This document shows, piece after piece, positions 1-10,012 of a DNA stretch of 64,000 nt. The stretch covers positions 8,184-72,183 of the forward strand of contig CAZECN010000007.1 in the NCBI GenBank assembly GCA_964510575.1. The letters run 5' to 3'. The translations under genes and the position numbers were made by a program. Within the stretch, counting starts at the first letter, position 1. Every line of letters starts with the position of its first letter. A model generated the notes under the pieces. That model was given only the letters and a program-made list of their open reading frames with translations. It was not told where the DNA came from and searched no databases. The DNA is from an uncultured Bdellovibrionales bacterium. Lineage in GTDB: Bacteria > Bdellovibrionota_C > UBA2361 > SZUA-149 > CALKYB01.

Positions 1-765
1 GATCAGTTACCTCCTGAAGAGGATGGTATCGTCGCCACTCCAGTGACTCCTCCAAACTTAAACAATAAATCCCAAAGTGCACTAGACCGTACCAAAGCTA
101 GGCTAGAACAACTTGCCTCCGTGGAAAGGACTCAACCCAAACGAAGAAGACCTCCAGGTGTAAGTGCAAAGGTTAAGGGTGCCAGAATGGAGAAAGATGT
201 TGGAAGCAAGCCTACCACTAAGTCCGAAGTTCTTAAGCTAAAAGCTAAGCCTCGTTTACCTAACCCTGCTGGAGTTCAAGGAAGTAGCGCCGACCGAAGC
301 ATGCTGAAAAGGCCAAGGACCTCTTCTACTGAAGAAAAAGAAGCAGCGGAGACAAATACTGCTCCAATTCCTAGCTCGCTGAAGCCTCTCTCAAAGCTGG
401 AGGTGAAAGGAGTTTCAACCTCAATACAACCTGCAGAAGTGACTAGTGACTCACAAAGATTTGTAGTTCTAAAATCTTTGGATCCGGTCAGAGCAAGATT
501 AATACCCGGAGTAAAGTTACGAGGAAAAAGTGACACCTTTGGTTTAGTTACTGATGCTAGTAACCCTAGATTCTTCTTACCGGGAAGGCGCTATGGGCAT
601 TCAAGAGTTCGGAATTCCGAGTTCATCGTTCTAGGATCCTATAAATCAGTAACTGAAGCTTCCCGTTATCACCCTGCCCTTGGGGGACCTGGGCGCTGGG
701 AAGTTTTAAACAAGGAAGACAACGCTAGTCTAGGTTCAAGAAACTGGTTGAAAAGGAGTAACTAG
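1..765 (+). CDS. hypothetical protein, 5'-truncated by window edge (basic, Ser/Thr/Pro-rich, no recognisable domain)
   Basis: Frame 1 is open from nt 1 to TAG 763-765. The stop overlaps the GTG start of gspE by 1 nt, suggesting co-translation with the T2SS genes. It sits where gspC/gspD would be expected, but the visible residues do not look like a secretin. Confidence 0.4.
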   Translation, partial: DQLPPEEDGIVATPVTPPNLNNKSQSALDRTKARLEQLASVERTQPKRRRPPGVSAKVKGARMEKDVGSKPTTKSEVLKLKAKPRLPNPAGVQGSSADRSMLKRPRTSSTEEKEAAETNTAPIPSSLKPLSKLEVKGVSTSIQPAEVTSDSQRFVVLKSLDPVRARLIPGVKLRGKSDTFGLVTDASNPRFFLPGRRYGHSRVRNSEFIVLGSYKSVTEASRYHPALGGPGRWEVLNKEDNASLGSRNWLKRSN

Positions 766-2408
766 TGGCCGAAGTCCCAGTTGATAGCAGCGAGGATGAA
801 GAGCTACCCGAAACTCCAGTCTCTAAATCCAACGGAGATCAGTCCAAGCAACTTGCGGATAGCCTAGGTCTTTCCTACCTATCAACCTTGAGCGATGCTG
901 AACCTCCTAGAGAGCTGGTTCTTGGCGAGTTTTCTAGACTTTTAGGCTCGTGGGGGAAATCTGCCAGAGCAATACCACTGAAAGAAGAGAACGACGTGAT
1001 CACGGTGGCTGTAAGCGATCCTCTAAATACTTCAGCGGTTGATATCATCAGACTCTGCTACGATAAACCTGTAAAGGTAGTGGTTGCCCCTGAGGAAGAA
1101 GTTATCAGAGCAATTAACGGCGTTAGATCCTCATTGATGAGTGACCGTGAAAGTGCTCTGGAATCAGACTCTGATACACCGGAAATTAGTAACTCTCTAA
1201 AAATTGACGTAACTGATGCCGAAGATGATGATGCTCCAATAATACGCTACGTAAACACATTGATCTTCCGAGCCGCTGAGCGTCGAGCCAGTGATGTTCA
1301 TATCGAGCCTTTTGAGGATAGTTTAAAGGTCAGGTTTAGAATTGATGGTGTTCTCCATGACGTGGATGAAGAAAGCAAAAATTTCCAGGCCTCGATCCTT
1401 TCCAGAATTAAAGTGATGGCCAATCTGAACATTGCCGAGAAAAGGCTTCCTCAGGATGGCCGAATCGGTATTAAGATTGCAGGACAAGACGTAGACATCA
1501 GGGTTTCCACGGTTCCTACGAGGTATGGGGAACGGATTGTAATGAGACTTCTCGATAAGTCGAAAGTCCAGCTGGACTTTGACATCCTGGGTCTATCCGA
1601 ACAAAATAGCTCGATTCTAAATCGAATGATACAAAAGAGCCATGGAATTGTACTAGTTACTGGTCCGACTGGTTCCGGTAAAACAACTACTCTCTATGCC
1701 TGCCTTGCTGAAATTAATTCAGAGGATAAAAACATCCTGACGGTTGAGGATCCGGTAGAGTATGAGCTTAAGGGTATTGGCCAAATGCAGGTCAATCCAA
1801 AAATTGATTTTACTTTCGCAAGCGGATTGAGATCAATACTTCGTCAAGATCCGGACGTAATAATGGTTGGTGAGATTCGAGACCTTGAGACAGTAGAGAT
1901 CGCTATTCAAGCCTCTCTCACAGGTCACTTGGTATTCTCCACACTTCATACCAATGATGCACCAGGTGCGATTACTAGAATGATGGATATGGGAGTTGAA
2001 CCCTTTCTGATTTCTTCAAGTTTACTTATGGTAATGGCGCAAAGACTGGTTAGATCTCTCTGCCCTGATTGCAAAGTTCCGGTAAAAATCTCCCCTGAAG
2101 AATGTCACGAGCTGGGACTATCAGTAGAACATGCCGGAACTCAGATTTACGGTCCCAGCGAGCACGGCTGTAAGACCTGTTCTTTTAATTCCTATAAGGG
2201 AAGATGCGGAATACATGAAATCCTGGAGCTCGACGACGAGGTTCGTTCACTAATTATGCAGAGAACTAATGCCAGCAAGCTAAGATCTGCCGCTCATAAG
2301 TTAAAAAGCCTCAGGTATGATGGATCTGAAAAAGTCCTTAATGGCGCAACATCCGTTCAGGAAGTACTAAGAGTTACCCAGGAAGATACAATCGAACTAA
2401 ACGAGTAA
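765..2408 (+). CDS. gspE: type II secretion system ATPase GspE
   Basis: Walker A VTGPTGSGKTTTLYA, a GspE/PilB-type N-terminal domain, and a tetracysteine motif CPDC...CKTC. Followed by gspF and pseudopilin genes. Confidence 0.93.
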   Translation: MAEVPVDSSEDEELPETPVSKSNGDQSKQLADSLGLSYLSTLSDAEPPRELVLGEFSRLLGSWGKSARAIPLKEENDVITVAVSDPLNTSAVDIIRLCYDKPVKVVVAPEEEVIRAINGVRSSLMSDRESALESDSDTPEISNSLKIDVTDAEDDDAPIIRYVNTLIFRAAERRASDVHIEPFEDSLKVRFRIDGVLHDVDEESKNFQASILSRIKVMANLNIAEKRLPQDGRIGIKIAGQDVDIRVSTVPTRYGERIVMRLLDKSKVQLDFDILGLSEQNSSILNRMIQKSHGIVLVTGPTGSGKTTTLYACLAEINSEDKNILTVEDPVEYELKGIGQMQVNPKIDFTFASGLRSILRQDPDVIMVGEIRDLETVEIAIQASLTGHLVFSTLHTNDAPGAITRMMDMGVEPFLISSSLLMVMAQRLVRSLCPDCKVPVKISPEECHELGLSVEHAGTQIYGPSEHGCKTCSFNSYKGRCGIHEILELDDEVRSLIMQRTNASKLRSAAHKLKSLRYDGSEKVLNGATSVQEVLRVTQEDTIELNE

Positions 2409-2411
2409 TAG

Positions 2412-3650
2412 ATGGCTGTTTTTGAGTATGTAGCGTTTGGCGCTTCAGGAAAAAAAGTCAAAGGGGTAATTGATGCCGACAGTGCCCGGGGTGCCCGCTC
2501 ACGCCTTCAAAGCCAGGGACTCTTCCCGGAATCACTTAAGGAAGTAGGTGAAAAAGATTCTTCCAGTGGCTGGAACGTCAATATTGACCTTTCGCGAAAG
2601 AAGGTAGACTCCACTGCCCTGGCAGTTTTAACCAGACAACTCTCCACTCTTGTTGGGGCTGGGATGCCCCTAGTAGAAGCCCTTTCGGCTTTAGCTGAGC
2701 AACTAGACAACCCAGCAATCAAAAGCGTGATCAGCGAAGTAGCTGACATGGTGAAGGAAGGCTCGACTCTCGCAGATGGAATGTCTAAACATCCCAAAGT
2801 GTTCCCAACTCTATACGTCAACATGGTTTCCTCTGGAGAGGCTAGTGGAAAGCTCGACATAGTACTATCGAGATTGGCAGACCTTTATGAAGGACAAGCC
2901 ATGCTTCAAAGAAAAGTGGTTTCTGCGATCACTTACCCAGCTTTGATGCTTTGTCTTTGTGTCCTAGCTATCGTAATCCTTTTAGCCTTTGTAGTTCCAG
3001 AAATCACCTCCATTTTCCAAGAGAAAGGCCAAGCCCTACCTCTGCCGACCCAAATTGTAGTTTGGATGAGTGAAACCTTGCAGAGCTACTGGTGGCTTTT
3101 GATTATAGCTGCAATCCTTCCAGTTTATTTTCTAAAAAGATACGGAAAAACGGAGCGTGGTAGAAAGAAGCTAGACTCACTAAAATTTAAAATACCACTT
3201 ATCGGCCCGTTAATCGTTAAAGTTGCAACCAGCAGGTTTTCAAGGAACCTCGGAACTATGCTCTCTAGTGGCGTTGAGCTGCTCAGTGCTCTTGGTATAG
3301 CGAAGAACATAGTTGGAAACGTAGTAATGGAAGAGGCAATCGACCAGACTATAGAAGGTGTAAGAGAGGGAAAATCCCTGTCCTCTGAACTAAAAAACAC
3401 AGGTGTATTCCCGATGATTCTAGTGTATATGCTAGGTGTTGGGGAGAGGACTGGAAACCTGGAACCCATGCTGTTAAGAGCCGCAGACAACTACGAATCA
3501 GAGGTTGATGCTGTTCTTACCAGACTAACCTCGATATTGGAGCCGATACTGATTATATTTATCGCTTCAATCGTCTGTGGAATACTGTTTGCTGTAATGT
3601 TACCTATGCTGCAAATGAGCTCTTTAGCTGGCGCAACACCTGGTGGTTAA
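2412..3650 (+). CDS. gspF: type II secretion system inner-membrane platform protein GspF
   Basis: 412 aa with the duplicated GspF/PilC-type cytoplasmic domain plus three TM segments. Positioned directly after gspE. Confidence 0.92.
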   Translation: MAVFEYVAFGASGKKVKGVIDADSARGARSRLQSQGLFPESLKEVGEKDSSSGWNVNIDLSRKKVDSTALAVLTRQLSTLVGAGMPLVEALSALAEQLDNPAIKSVISEVADMVKEGSTLADGMSKHPKVFPTLYVNMVSSGEASGKLDIVLSRLADLYEGQAMLQRKVVSAITYPALMLCLCVLAIVILLAFVVPEITSIFQEKGQALPLPTQIVVWMSETLQSYWWLLIIAAILPVYFLKRYGKTERGRKKLDSLKFKIPLIGPLIVKVATSRFSRNLGTMLSSGVELLSALGIAKNIVGNVVMEEAIDQTIEGVREGKSLSSELKNTGVFPMILVYMLGVGERTGNLEPMLLRAADNYESEVDAVLTRLTSILEPILIIFIASIVCGILFAVMLPMLQMSSLAGATPGG

Positions 3651-3684
3651 GTTTTTATTTTCGTTAATTATGCTGGAAGGAAAA

Positions 3685-4122
3685 ATGGAAGAAAAAAATC
3701 GATCTGAACTTGTTGTTAATTGCGAGAAAGGCCTGACACTTGTTGAGGTAATCGCTGTAATCATCCTTATTGGCTTGGTGGGTGGTGTTCTTTTCAAAGG
3801 AATCTTTGCTCAATCAGAAACTGCCAAAGCTCAAACCAACGTTGTGAAAATGCAAAAACTAAAGAGCGCTCTCTCTAGTTATAAGCTTCAGTTCAATAAA
3901 TATCCTTCTAGTCTTCAAGGACTCGTTAAACCTTCAGCAGAAACTAAAAAGAACGGTGGATTATTCACTCCTTTTGCTGACGAAGCAGATTTAAGTGACC
4001 TTTGGGGCACACCTTATAAATACCAAGTAAAAGGTGGAGGACGCTCCTTTTCTCTAACTTCTTTGGGTGCCGACGCTGCTCCTGGTGGTGAGGGAGCAGA
4101 CCAAGACGTTACTATTCCTTAG
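3685..4122 (+). CDS. gspG: major pseudopilin GspG
   Basis: Prepilin leader ...EKG|LTLVEVIAV with Glu at +5. C-terminal GspG signature DLWGTPYKY...SLGADAAPGGEGADQD. ATG 3685 follows GGAAGG; the ORF-track start at 3643 is probably too far upstream. Confidence 0.9.
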   Translation: MEEKNRSELVVNCEKGLTLVEVIAVIILIGLVGGVLFKGIFAQSETAKAQTNVVKMQKLKSALSSYKLQFNKYPSSLQGLVKPSAETKKNGGLFTPFADEADLSDLWGTPYKYQVKGGGRSFSLTSLGADAAPGGEGADQDVTIP

Positions 4123-4139
4123 ATTTACAGCTAGTCCCT

Positions 4140-4904
4140 ATGTTCAACCGTAAAACCTGCCAAGCTAAGCCCCGAGGGGGAAGCCAAGCAGGTTTTACTT
4201 TGGTTGAACTTGTAGTTGTAATAGTTCTGCTGGGGTTACTTGGTTCACTGGGCTACTCCCGAGTTGATTCAGTTTTACAATTCAAACAAAAAGAAAACCT
4301 GAGAGACTTCGCCAATACCTGGGAGTTTCTGTTTCAGTATTCCTTGGCTAGGGGCCAGTCCTATAGATTAGTGCTGGACCTTGACGAAAACTACTTCCAA
4401 GTTGTTAAAGAAATTGCTGCTAAACCAGGTGAAGCCGTTCAAGTAGACCTGCTTAAAAATCTGAGAACTAGAAGAGAGAAAATTAGACGAGAAAAAGAGG
4501 AGAACGAAACTCTTATTAGTCAAGAAGAGCAGGCGCAGATTGAACAAGATCAAGCAACTGGAGACCTGGGAGAACAATTCTTTGGTATGGTTTTTAGTGA
4601 TCCTAACAGATCCACTAAGCTGGCCCCACCGGACGAATTCCCTGAACTAGCTGATGCCAATTATTTCGTAGAAGGGCTTGAAATTCGCGATTTTAAAAAT
4701 GGCATAGACACAATCGAGGAGGGAAAAACATTTATTAGATTCTCGCCTAGGGGAGCCAGTCAGTTTGCCTTAATTCATTTCAAAGTTGATGAAAGTGACT
4801 TCACTTTGTTTATGAACCCATCCTCGGGAAAGGTCAGCATTGAGAATCAGTATAAAGACTACGAATGGACTTATGGCAAAAGAGAGAATAGCAAAGGGCA
4901 GTGA
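4140..4904 (+). CDS. gspH: minor pseudopilin, GspH-like
   Basis: Prepilin motif QAG|FTLVELVVV. Assigned by position after gspG. Unusually long (254 aa), with a charged insert REKIRREKEENETLISQEEQAQIEQDQ. Confidence 0.6.
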   Translation: MFNRKTCQAKPRGGSQAGFTLVELVVVIVLLGLLGSLGYSRVDSVLQFKQKENLRDFANTWEFLFQYSLARGQSYRLVLDLDENYFQVVKEIAAKPGEAVQVDLLKNLRTRREKIRREKEENETLISQEEQAQIEQDQATGDLGEQFFGMVFSDPNRSTKLAPPDEFPELADANYFVEGLEIRDFKNGIDTIEEGKTFIRFSPRGASQFALIHFKVDESDFTLFMNPSSGKVSIENQYKDYEWTYGKRENSKGQ

Positions 4905-5337
4905 CAACTCTGCTGGCTTCACTCTGGTGGAGATCATTGTGTCGGTGGTTATATTAGGACTAGGACTGACCTCTCTTATTGGTATTCAGACCAACTATAT
5001 TGATAGCTACTTAAGAGAAGATAATCTCACGAGAGCTGCAATGTTCAGCCAGTACATTCTTTCGATGATTGAGATCGAGCCAGACCCTCCTGATAGCGGA
5101 AAAACCAGCGGACGGTTGGAAAGCTATCTATCAGAGATAGGCTACTTCGACGGAGATTTTAAAAAAGACGAAGCGGTTAATTTAGATGGCTGGGAATATA
5201 CTTTGGAAGTCCAGTCTGTTGACGTTTTAGTTCTAACGGACGCTATGAAAAGAGTCGAGTTAACTATCCGTTGGAGTGAATTCGACTTAGACTCTTTTAA
5301 TGTAATCTACTACGTAAATACTCCCCCTGAGACCTAA
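4873..5337 (+). CDS. gspI: minor pseudopilin, GspI-like
   Basis: Prepilin motif SAG|FTLVEIIVS. Size (~154 aa from ATG 4873) and gene order fit GspI. Confidence 0.6.
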   Translation: MAKERIAKGSDNSAGFTLVEIIVSVVILGLGLTSLIGIQTNYIDSYLREDNLTRAAMFSQYILSMIEIEPDPPDSGKTSGRLESYLSEIGYFDGDFKKDEAVNLDGWEYTLEVQSVDVLVLTDAMKRVELTIRWSEFDLDSFNVIYYVNTPPET

Positions 5338-6122
5338 TGCTTAGTCCCTTTTTAAAAAGTAAGCAGGATTTAAAATCCGAAAAAGGCTTTACCCTGGTGG
5401 AGATGGTAGCGGTATCTGTGCTCCTTTCAATGCTCTCACTTGTGCTTTACGGAACCTTAGATGGAATCATAGACGGCAGAGCTGCAATTCTTAATCGAAG
5501 CAGATCCGGTGCTACCGCCCGGATTGTGATGGAAAGAATGACGAGAGAGCTAAACGGTATTGTATTCGGCATTACCCTTTCTGAAAACGATGAAGGGGAT
5601 CAGGACGGCCAAGGTGTGGCACAAGGCTCTTCTTTTAGCTCTGCCCGAACTTTTTTTGAAGGTAAGAGTAATAGTGGAAAGGGATCAATAAGATTTGTAA
5701 GTGCAGAAGTTGCACAAGCGGCTTACGGCACCTTCACCAATCATGGTGTAGTTGAGATTAGATATCGTTTAGTGGACGACCCTGACCAAGAGGATAAAGA
5801 AGAGAAAAGTTTTATTTTGATTCGAGAGGAAACCCCTGGTGGAGTAAGAAATGAAAAAATCAACGAAGAGAGGAAGGTAACCTTCCCACTGGCGTCTGGC
5901 ATATCATCTCTGAATTTTCGATTCCTAGATCAAGACGAATGGCAATCGGACTGGTCTCAACCTTCCGTCCCAAACGCTGTTGAAATTACTCTGGGCGTCA
6001 AGGACTCCAATGGCTCGAAAAATATGTTCAGAACCGCTGTAGCAGTTTCGCAGAAAAGAAGGACTTCAAGTAGTCAAACTAGACAGCAAGGCCAGGGCGC
6101 GCCAGCTGCGCAGCCTCAGTAG
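5337..6122 (+). CDS. gspJ: minor pseudopilin, GspJ-like
   Basis: Prepilin motif EKG|FTLVEMVAV. The start overlaps the stop of the preceding gene, and gene order fits GspJ. Confidence 0.55.
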   Translation: MLSPFLKSKQDLKSEKGFTLVEMVAVSVLLSMLSLVLYGTLDGIIDGRAAILNRSRSGATARIVMERMTRELNGIVFGITLSENDEGDQDGQGVAQGSSFSSARTFFEGKSNSGKGSIRFVSAEVAQAAYGTFTNHGVVEIRYRLVDDPDQEDKEEKSFILIREETPGGVRNEKINEERKVTFPLASGISSLNFRFLDQDEWQSDWSQPSVPNAVEITLGVKDSNGSKNMFRTAVAVSQKRRTSSSQTRQQGQGAPAAQPQ

Positions 6123-6285
6123 ACAGGTTATAGGCTATTCTGGCCCTTACTTGGCTGGTGAGCTTATGCTATAACTACTCAAGTTTATTAAAGAAGATTG
6201 TGGAAAACGGCACTATGACCGATATTATAGCCTACCTAAAATTCGGCCAGAATATTTTTTGTAAAATTAAGCGGAGGGAGGCTGA

Positions 6286-7752
6286 ATGTCTCTAAATGTA
6301 GCCATAGGTCGCAAAGATGATTTGGCCTATCTCTTCGCAGCCAGCGTCAGCCCTAACGGACGGCCTGTTCTACAAGATATCAAAACTCTTGAGTTAGAAC
6401 AGCCTCCGACTGTTGAAAGTGAAGGCGAAGAGGAAACAGCTGAAGAGCTGAGTCCAGAAGCTACCGTTAACAAAATTGACTTAGAAGAAGTCTTCGGTGG
6501 CGAGATTCTCTCAACTACTGCTCTCTTAGAAAATAGCAGAGTTCTTTTTGAAAATGTCGACCTACCTTTCAAAGACGAAAAACAGGTTGAAAAGGTTTTA
6601 CCTTTACAACTTCAAGATCGCATTCCTTTTGACATAGAAGACTTTATTATTGACAGCTGCTTGTCCAGCGAAAATGACGCGGGCAGTTTTAGTTACATCT
6701 CTTCTTATACGCCTCGGCATGAAGTGGATCGCACTCTTAAATCTTTGGAGAGTGCTGGGCTTGAACCCTCTTCCTTAGCAAACAATGCTTTTGCTTTGGC
6801 TGGATTAACAGCCCTATCACCACAAGCATTTCCCGAATCAGTTGCTATCATTGAAATTCAACCTAAGTTTGCCTCAATAGTTATTATTGATCAGGGTGGA
6901 ATTAGTTTGATGAGAGAACTAAATGCCAAAACTTCCGCAGATGTTCCTCAGCTAATGTCCGATATCAAATGTTCTATAGAAAACTTCCAACACGGAGAGG
7001 GACATAATCTTGATAAAATTCTCCTTGTCGGAAGTAAAGAAGCTGCAAAGGCTTTAGCTAGCTCACTAGAGACAGACTCCGCATACTTAGATCTCAATAG
7101 CCTGAGACCTGCAAACCTTCCAGCTGTAGACTTGAACGACTTTCCTGCAGCATTAGGACTACTCGGGCATGAGTCTGAGGTTTCTTCTTTTGGAGAAAGT
7201 GCACAGATAAATTTTCGTCAGGGAGAGTTTGCTTATAAGCCAACCTTGGGGAATGTTCTCGTAGCTGCAAAACAGCACTTTTGGAGTATTGCTGGGGCTT
7301 TCTTCATGGGCATCCTCTTTCTTCTCAGTCAAATTTTTGTAGAAGACTCTCAACACAAAAGTGTGTCTTCCAAGCTAAATCAGATTGCTACTGAGGCTGT
7401 TTCCGGAGAATTTGTGCCAAAAGGAGGTGAAATTTCCTTCTTAGAAGAAAAAGTATTGGAATTGGAAGATCAACTTCGCGACATTGGTTCTCTCTCTGCT
7501 CTGTCGCCCCTTAACTCATTAAAAGAGTTGTCGGAGTTTATTCCTGAAAGCCTGGGAACTGAAATCGAAACTATGGTGATTGGAAATTCCAGCATAGTTG
7601 TTAACGGCTCCTTGGCAAGCATACCCGATCTTGGTCGACTTGATAGTATTCTAAAGAAAAATAGTAATAAGTTTTGCTCGGTAGACGTTATAAACCGTGG
7701 CCAGCAAGGCAATAGAATAAAATTTCGATCTGAAATTAAGCTTTGTGAGTAA
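6286..7752 (+). CDS. gspL: GspL-like T2SS assembly protein (cytoplasmic domain + single TM + periplasmic domain)
   Basis: 488 aa with one central TM segment (FWSIAGAFFMGILFLLSQIFV). Strong RBS GGAGGGAGG. Position between the pseudopilins and a GspM-like gene. The assignment rests on architecture and context, not on motifs. Confidence 0.55.
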   Translation: MSLNVAIGRKDDLAYLFAASVSPNGRPVLQDIKTLELEQPPTVESEGEEETAEELSPEATVNKIDLEEVFGGEILSTTALLENSRVLFENVDLPFKDEKQVEKVLPLQLQDRIPFDIEDFIIDSCLSSENDAGSFSYISSYTPRHEVDRTLKSLESAGLEPSSLANNAFALAGLTALSPQAFPESVAIIEIQPKFASIVIIDQGGISLMRELNAKTSADVPQLMSDIKCSIENFQHGEGHNLDKILLVGSKEAAKALASSLETDSAYLDLNSLRPANLPAVDLNDFPAALGLLGHESEVSSFGESAQINFRQGEFAYKPTLGNVLVAAKQHFWSIAGAFFMGILFLLSQIFVEDSQHKSVSSKLNQIATEAVSGEFVPKGGEISFLEEKVLELEDQLRDIGSLSALSPLNSLKELSEFIPESLGTEIETMVIGNSSIVVNGSLASIPDLGRLDSILKKNSNKFCSVDVINRGQQGNRIKFRSEIKLCE

Positions 7753-7773
7753 GATACTTTTTTAGCCCTAGCG

Positions 7774-8334
7774 ATGAAAGCTCAAGTAAGAAAAATACTA
7801 AACGCCTACGATAATCTCAATTCTCGAGAAAAGCCTTTCGTTTTGATAACTGGGATAGTGTTACTCGCCCTTTGTATCTACTATCCTATTTCCTGGTCTA
7901 GAGATTTTGTAAAAAACGCTAGAAACAGTAAAAACTACAAGCTTTCTCAACTTGATGAAGCAGCTGTTCTAAGCCAACGCTATGACCTACTAAATACAAA
8001 ACTAACTGCGGCACAGAATTCTTTTGATAAAGCCCAGATGACCTATGAACAGGTCACGGCTGAAATAGATAAAATAATTAAGGAAACAGTGGGTCAGGAG
8101 GTCAAGTATGACCTTAAAAATCAAAATCCATCGGACCTTGGGCTAGAGTTCGAGAAGCAAGAATTTTCACTTTCCCTAAAAGCCAACCTAGACCAACTGG
8201 TTAAACTCTTGTTTCAGTTCGAGAAAGGAGAAACTCCCCTATTCCTCGGCAAAGTTAATATTCGAAAAGTCGGAAAAAAAGACCAGTTCAATACCGTGCT
8301 AGAAGTTTTCAGTGTAAGAAAGAAGAAAGCTTAG
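7774..8334 (+). CDS. gspM: GspM-like T2SS protein
   Basis: 186 aa with an N-terminal TM segment (FVLITGIVLLALCIYYPISW) followed by a periplasmic domain. Follows the gspL-like gene. Confidence 0.45.
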   Translation: MKAQVRKILNAYDNLNSREKPFVLITGIVLLALCIYYPISWSRDFVKNARNSKNYKLSQLDEAAVLSQRYDLLNTKLTAAQNSFDKAQMTYEQVTAEIDKIIKETVGQEVKYDLKNQNPSDLGLEFEKQEFSLSLKANLDQLVKLLFQFEKGETPLFLGKVNIRKVGKKDQFNTVLEVFSVRKKKA

Positions 8335-8377
8335 GTTTTGTTCAGTTTGTTCCAAAAATAATACTCCAAATTTTTCC

Positions 8378-9259
8378 TTGAAAATGAGAACTAAAATACT
8401 TTTTCCCTTGATACTCCTCTCCATACTTGCTGTTTTTCCAGGACACTCATGGTTAGGCGATAGTCTAAAATCTAACATTGAAGAAAATGGATTGGACTCT
8501 GGAGTCAAAATTGCATTCTCTGAATTCGAATCATCCTTCCCCTTAGAGTTTAAGGCATCGAAGATATCCTTCTCTCCAATGAAGGTCCCTTTTCCCATCT
8601 CCGCCGAATGTCAAAACCCAAGCGGAGTAATGAGTTTAGCTTCAGCATTGTTTCTAAAACGTAACATAGATATCAAAGCCAGTTGCTACAGCGGCCAAAT
8701 TCAAACTTCTCTATCCGGTCCACTACTCAGCAATCAGAACAATTTTGATTTTGCAGTCAGCTCCCTAAACTTTGGAGAACACTCCCTTACCAAGTTATTT
8801 GGAGTTAGTGGTATGTTATCTGCCTCTGGAGAAGGTAGTAGCGATGAGGGAGGCGAGCGCATAGAGGAGTTAACGGGAGAAGTCTCTCTCTCTGACGTAA
8901 ACTACCCTGGAGGATTTAGTTACAGAGGGCTTTTCACTGTGCCTGAAATCGCAAACTTTAACGCTAGCTGCGAAGTCCAAATTGAAGGCTCTGAGCATGA
9001 TCTAAAAAACTGCAAAGGTGACTCCTCACTAGGCAGTTTTAAGGGCAGAGCTAATGCTGCAATTTCAAAGAGTGGGTTGCTAGTTAGCGGTACGTCAAAT
9101 TTTGAAATTGAACTCAAAGCCCCAGGAATGAAAACAATTGCCCCTTATCTAGCACTAGCTTCTGGTAAATATAGTGAAAACCCGGCCTCCCGATGGAAGT
9201 TTAGTAGCGAAAAACTGGCCAACGGTAGGGAGTGGAGCAAAATAACTCCTCTCAACTAA
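8378..9259 (+). CDS. exported hypothetical protein, possibly GspN-like
   Basis: N-terminal signal/anchor MKMRTKILFPLILLSILAVFPG. It occupies the gspN position after gspM, but I recognise no motif. Confidence 0.3.
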   Translation: MKMRTKILFPLILLSILAVFPGHSWLGDSLKSNIEENGLDSGVKIAFSEFESSFPLEFKASKISFSPMKVPFPISAECQNPSGVMSLASALFLKRNIDIKASCYSGQIQTSLSGPLLSNQNNFDFAVSSLNFGEHSLTKLFGVSGMLSASGEGSSDEGGERIEELTGEVSLSDVNYPGGFSYRGLFTVPEIANFNASCEVQIEGSEHDLKNCKGDSSLGSFKGRANAAISKSGLLVSGTSNFEIELKAPGMKTIAPYLALASGKYSENPASRWKFSSEKLANGREWSKITPLN

Positions 9260-9420
9260 GAAAATCGCCTCAACCTAGCTTTGTTCCCTTTTCCATTGCA
9301 AAATTGCAAAAACAAGCCTTGTCCTAGCAAATTTCTTGACTAAGAGTTTGAGCTCAATCAATAATAAGGTAATGGAAGAATCCAACAACATCTCTCAAAA
9401 GCAACCTTGAGCGGAGTTAA

Positions 9421-9840
9421 ATGACTACTGCCAGTTATATATTCCCCGGTTTGTGCCTATTATCAATTATCGGCTCGTTCATTTGGGTATCTCACCTCTT
9501 ATCTAATTTCAATGAAGAGAATTTGGATAATAAAATAAAACGAGCAACTTCAATTCTAGATGAACGGATAAGAATCGCTTTATCCTATCTGTATTTCTTA
9601 AAGATGCGCTCTGGCTCTGAAAACAATGCTAACGGAGGGGCTCAAAGTCGCGAGGAGTTGATGACCGAAATAAGATACTTGAACAACGAAATTGAACTCG
9701 CCTACACCAGAATGTCTGACGAAGTCTGTATTGTTGAGAATGATGAGCTATTAGAAATATTGACCTCAGAATACGACTTAGCTTCAAGAGAACTTAGGGA
9801 CATAGAAGAAACTTTCGAGACTATCTTTCTTGAAAGCTAG
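9421..9840 (+). CDS. hypothetical membrane-anchored coiled-coil protein
   Basis: 139-aa ORF with an N-terminal hydrophobic segment and a charged helical remainder. No homology recognised. Confidence 0.4.
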   Translation: MTTASYIFPGLCLLSIIGSFIWVSHLLSNFNEENLDNKIKRATSILDERIRIALSYLYFLKMRSGSENNANGGAQSREELMTEIRYLNNEIELAYTRMSDEVCIVENDELLEILTSEYDLASRELRDIEETFETIFLES

Positions 9841-10012
9841 AGCCAAACGCACTTTTTCCAATAATTTTGGCAGCTGCAAATCAGCTAAGTGCTTGTAATC
9901 ACTAAACTCGACTTGTCATAATTTTAATATTAGTACACTATCCTACCGCGGAAACTATAATCTTAATAGAGTTCCGCAGTATAGAGAACTATTTGTAGTA
10001 TTTGGAGGCCAA

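Noticed and set aside
6123-6285. Complementary segments in the gspJ-gspL gap: taggct / agccta and attctggcc / ggccagaat.
   Set aside because: The two pairs are arranged in crossing order and are short. I found no second copy or other support. I treated the gap as ordinary intergenic sequence and noted it only as the site where gspK is missing.
9944-9984. Possible degenerate member of the palindromic family: taccgcggaaac ... gttccgcagta, ending in agtata.
   Set aside because: The stem has a mismatch and a bulge, the loop is only ~15 nt, and the 5' TATAC end is not intact. I did not count it among the copies.
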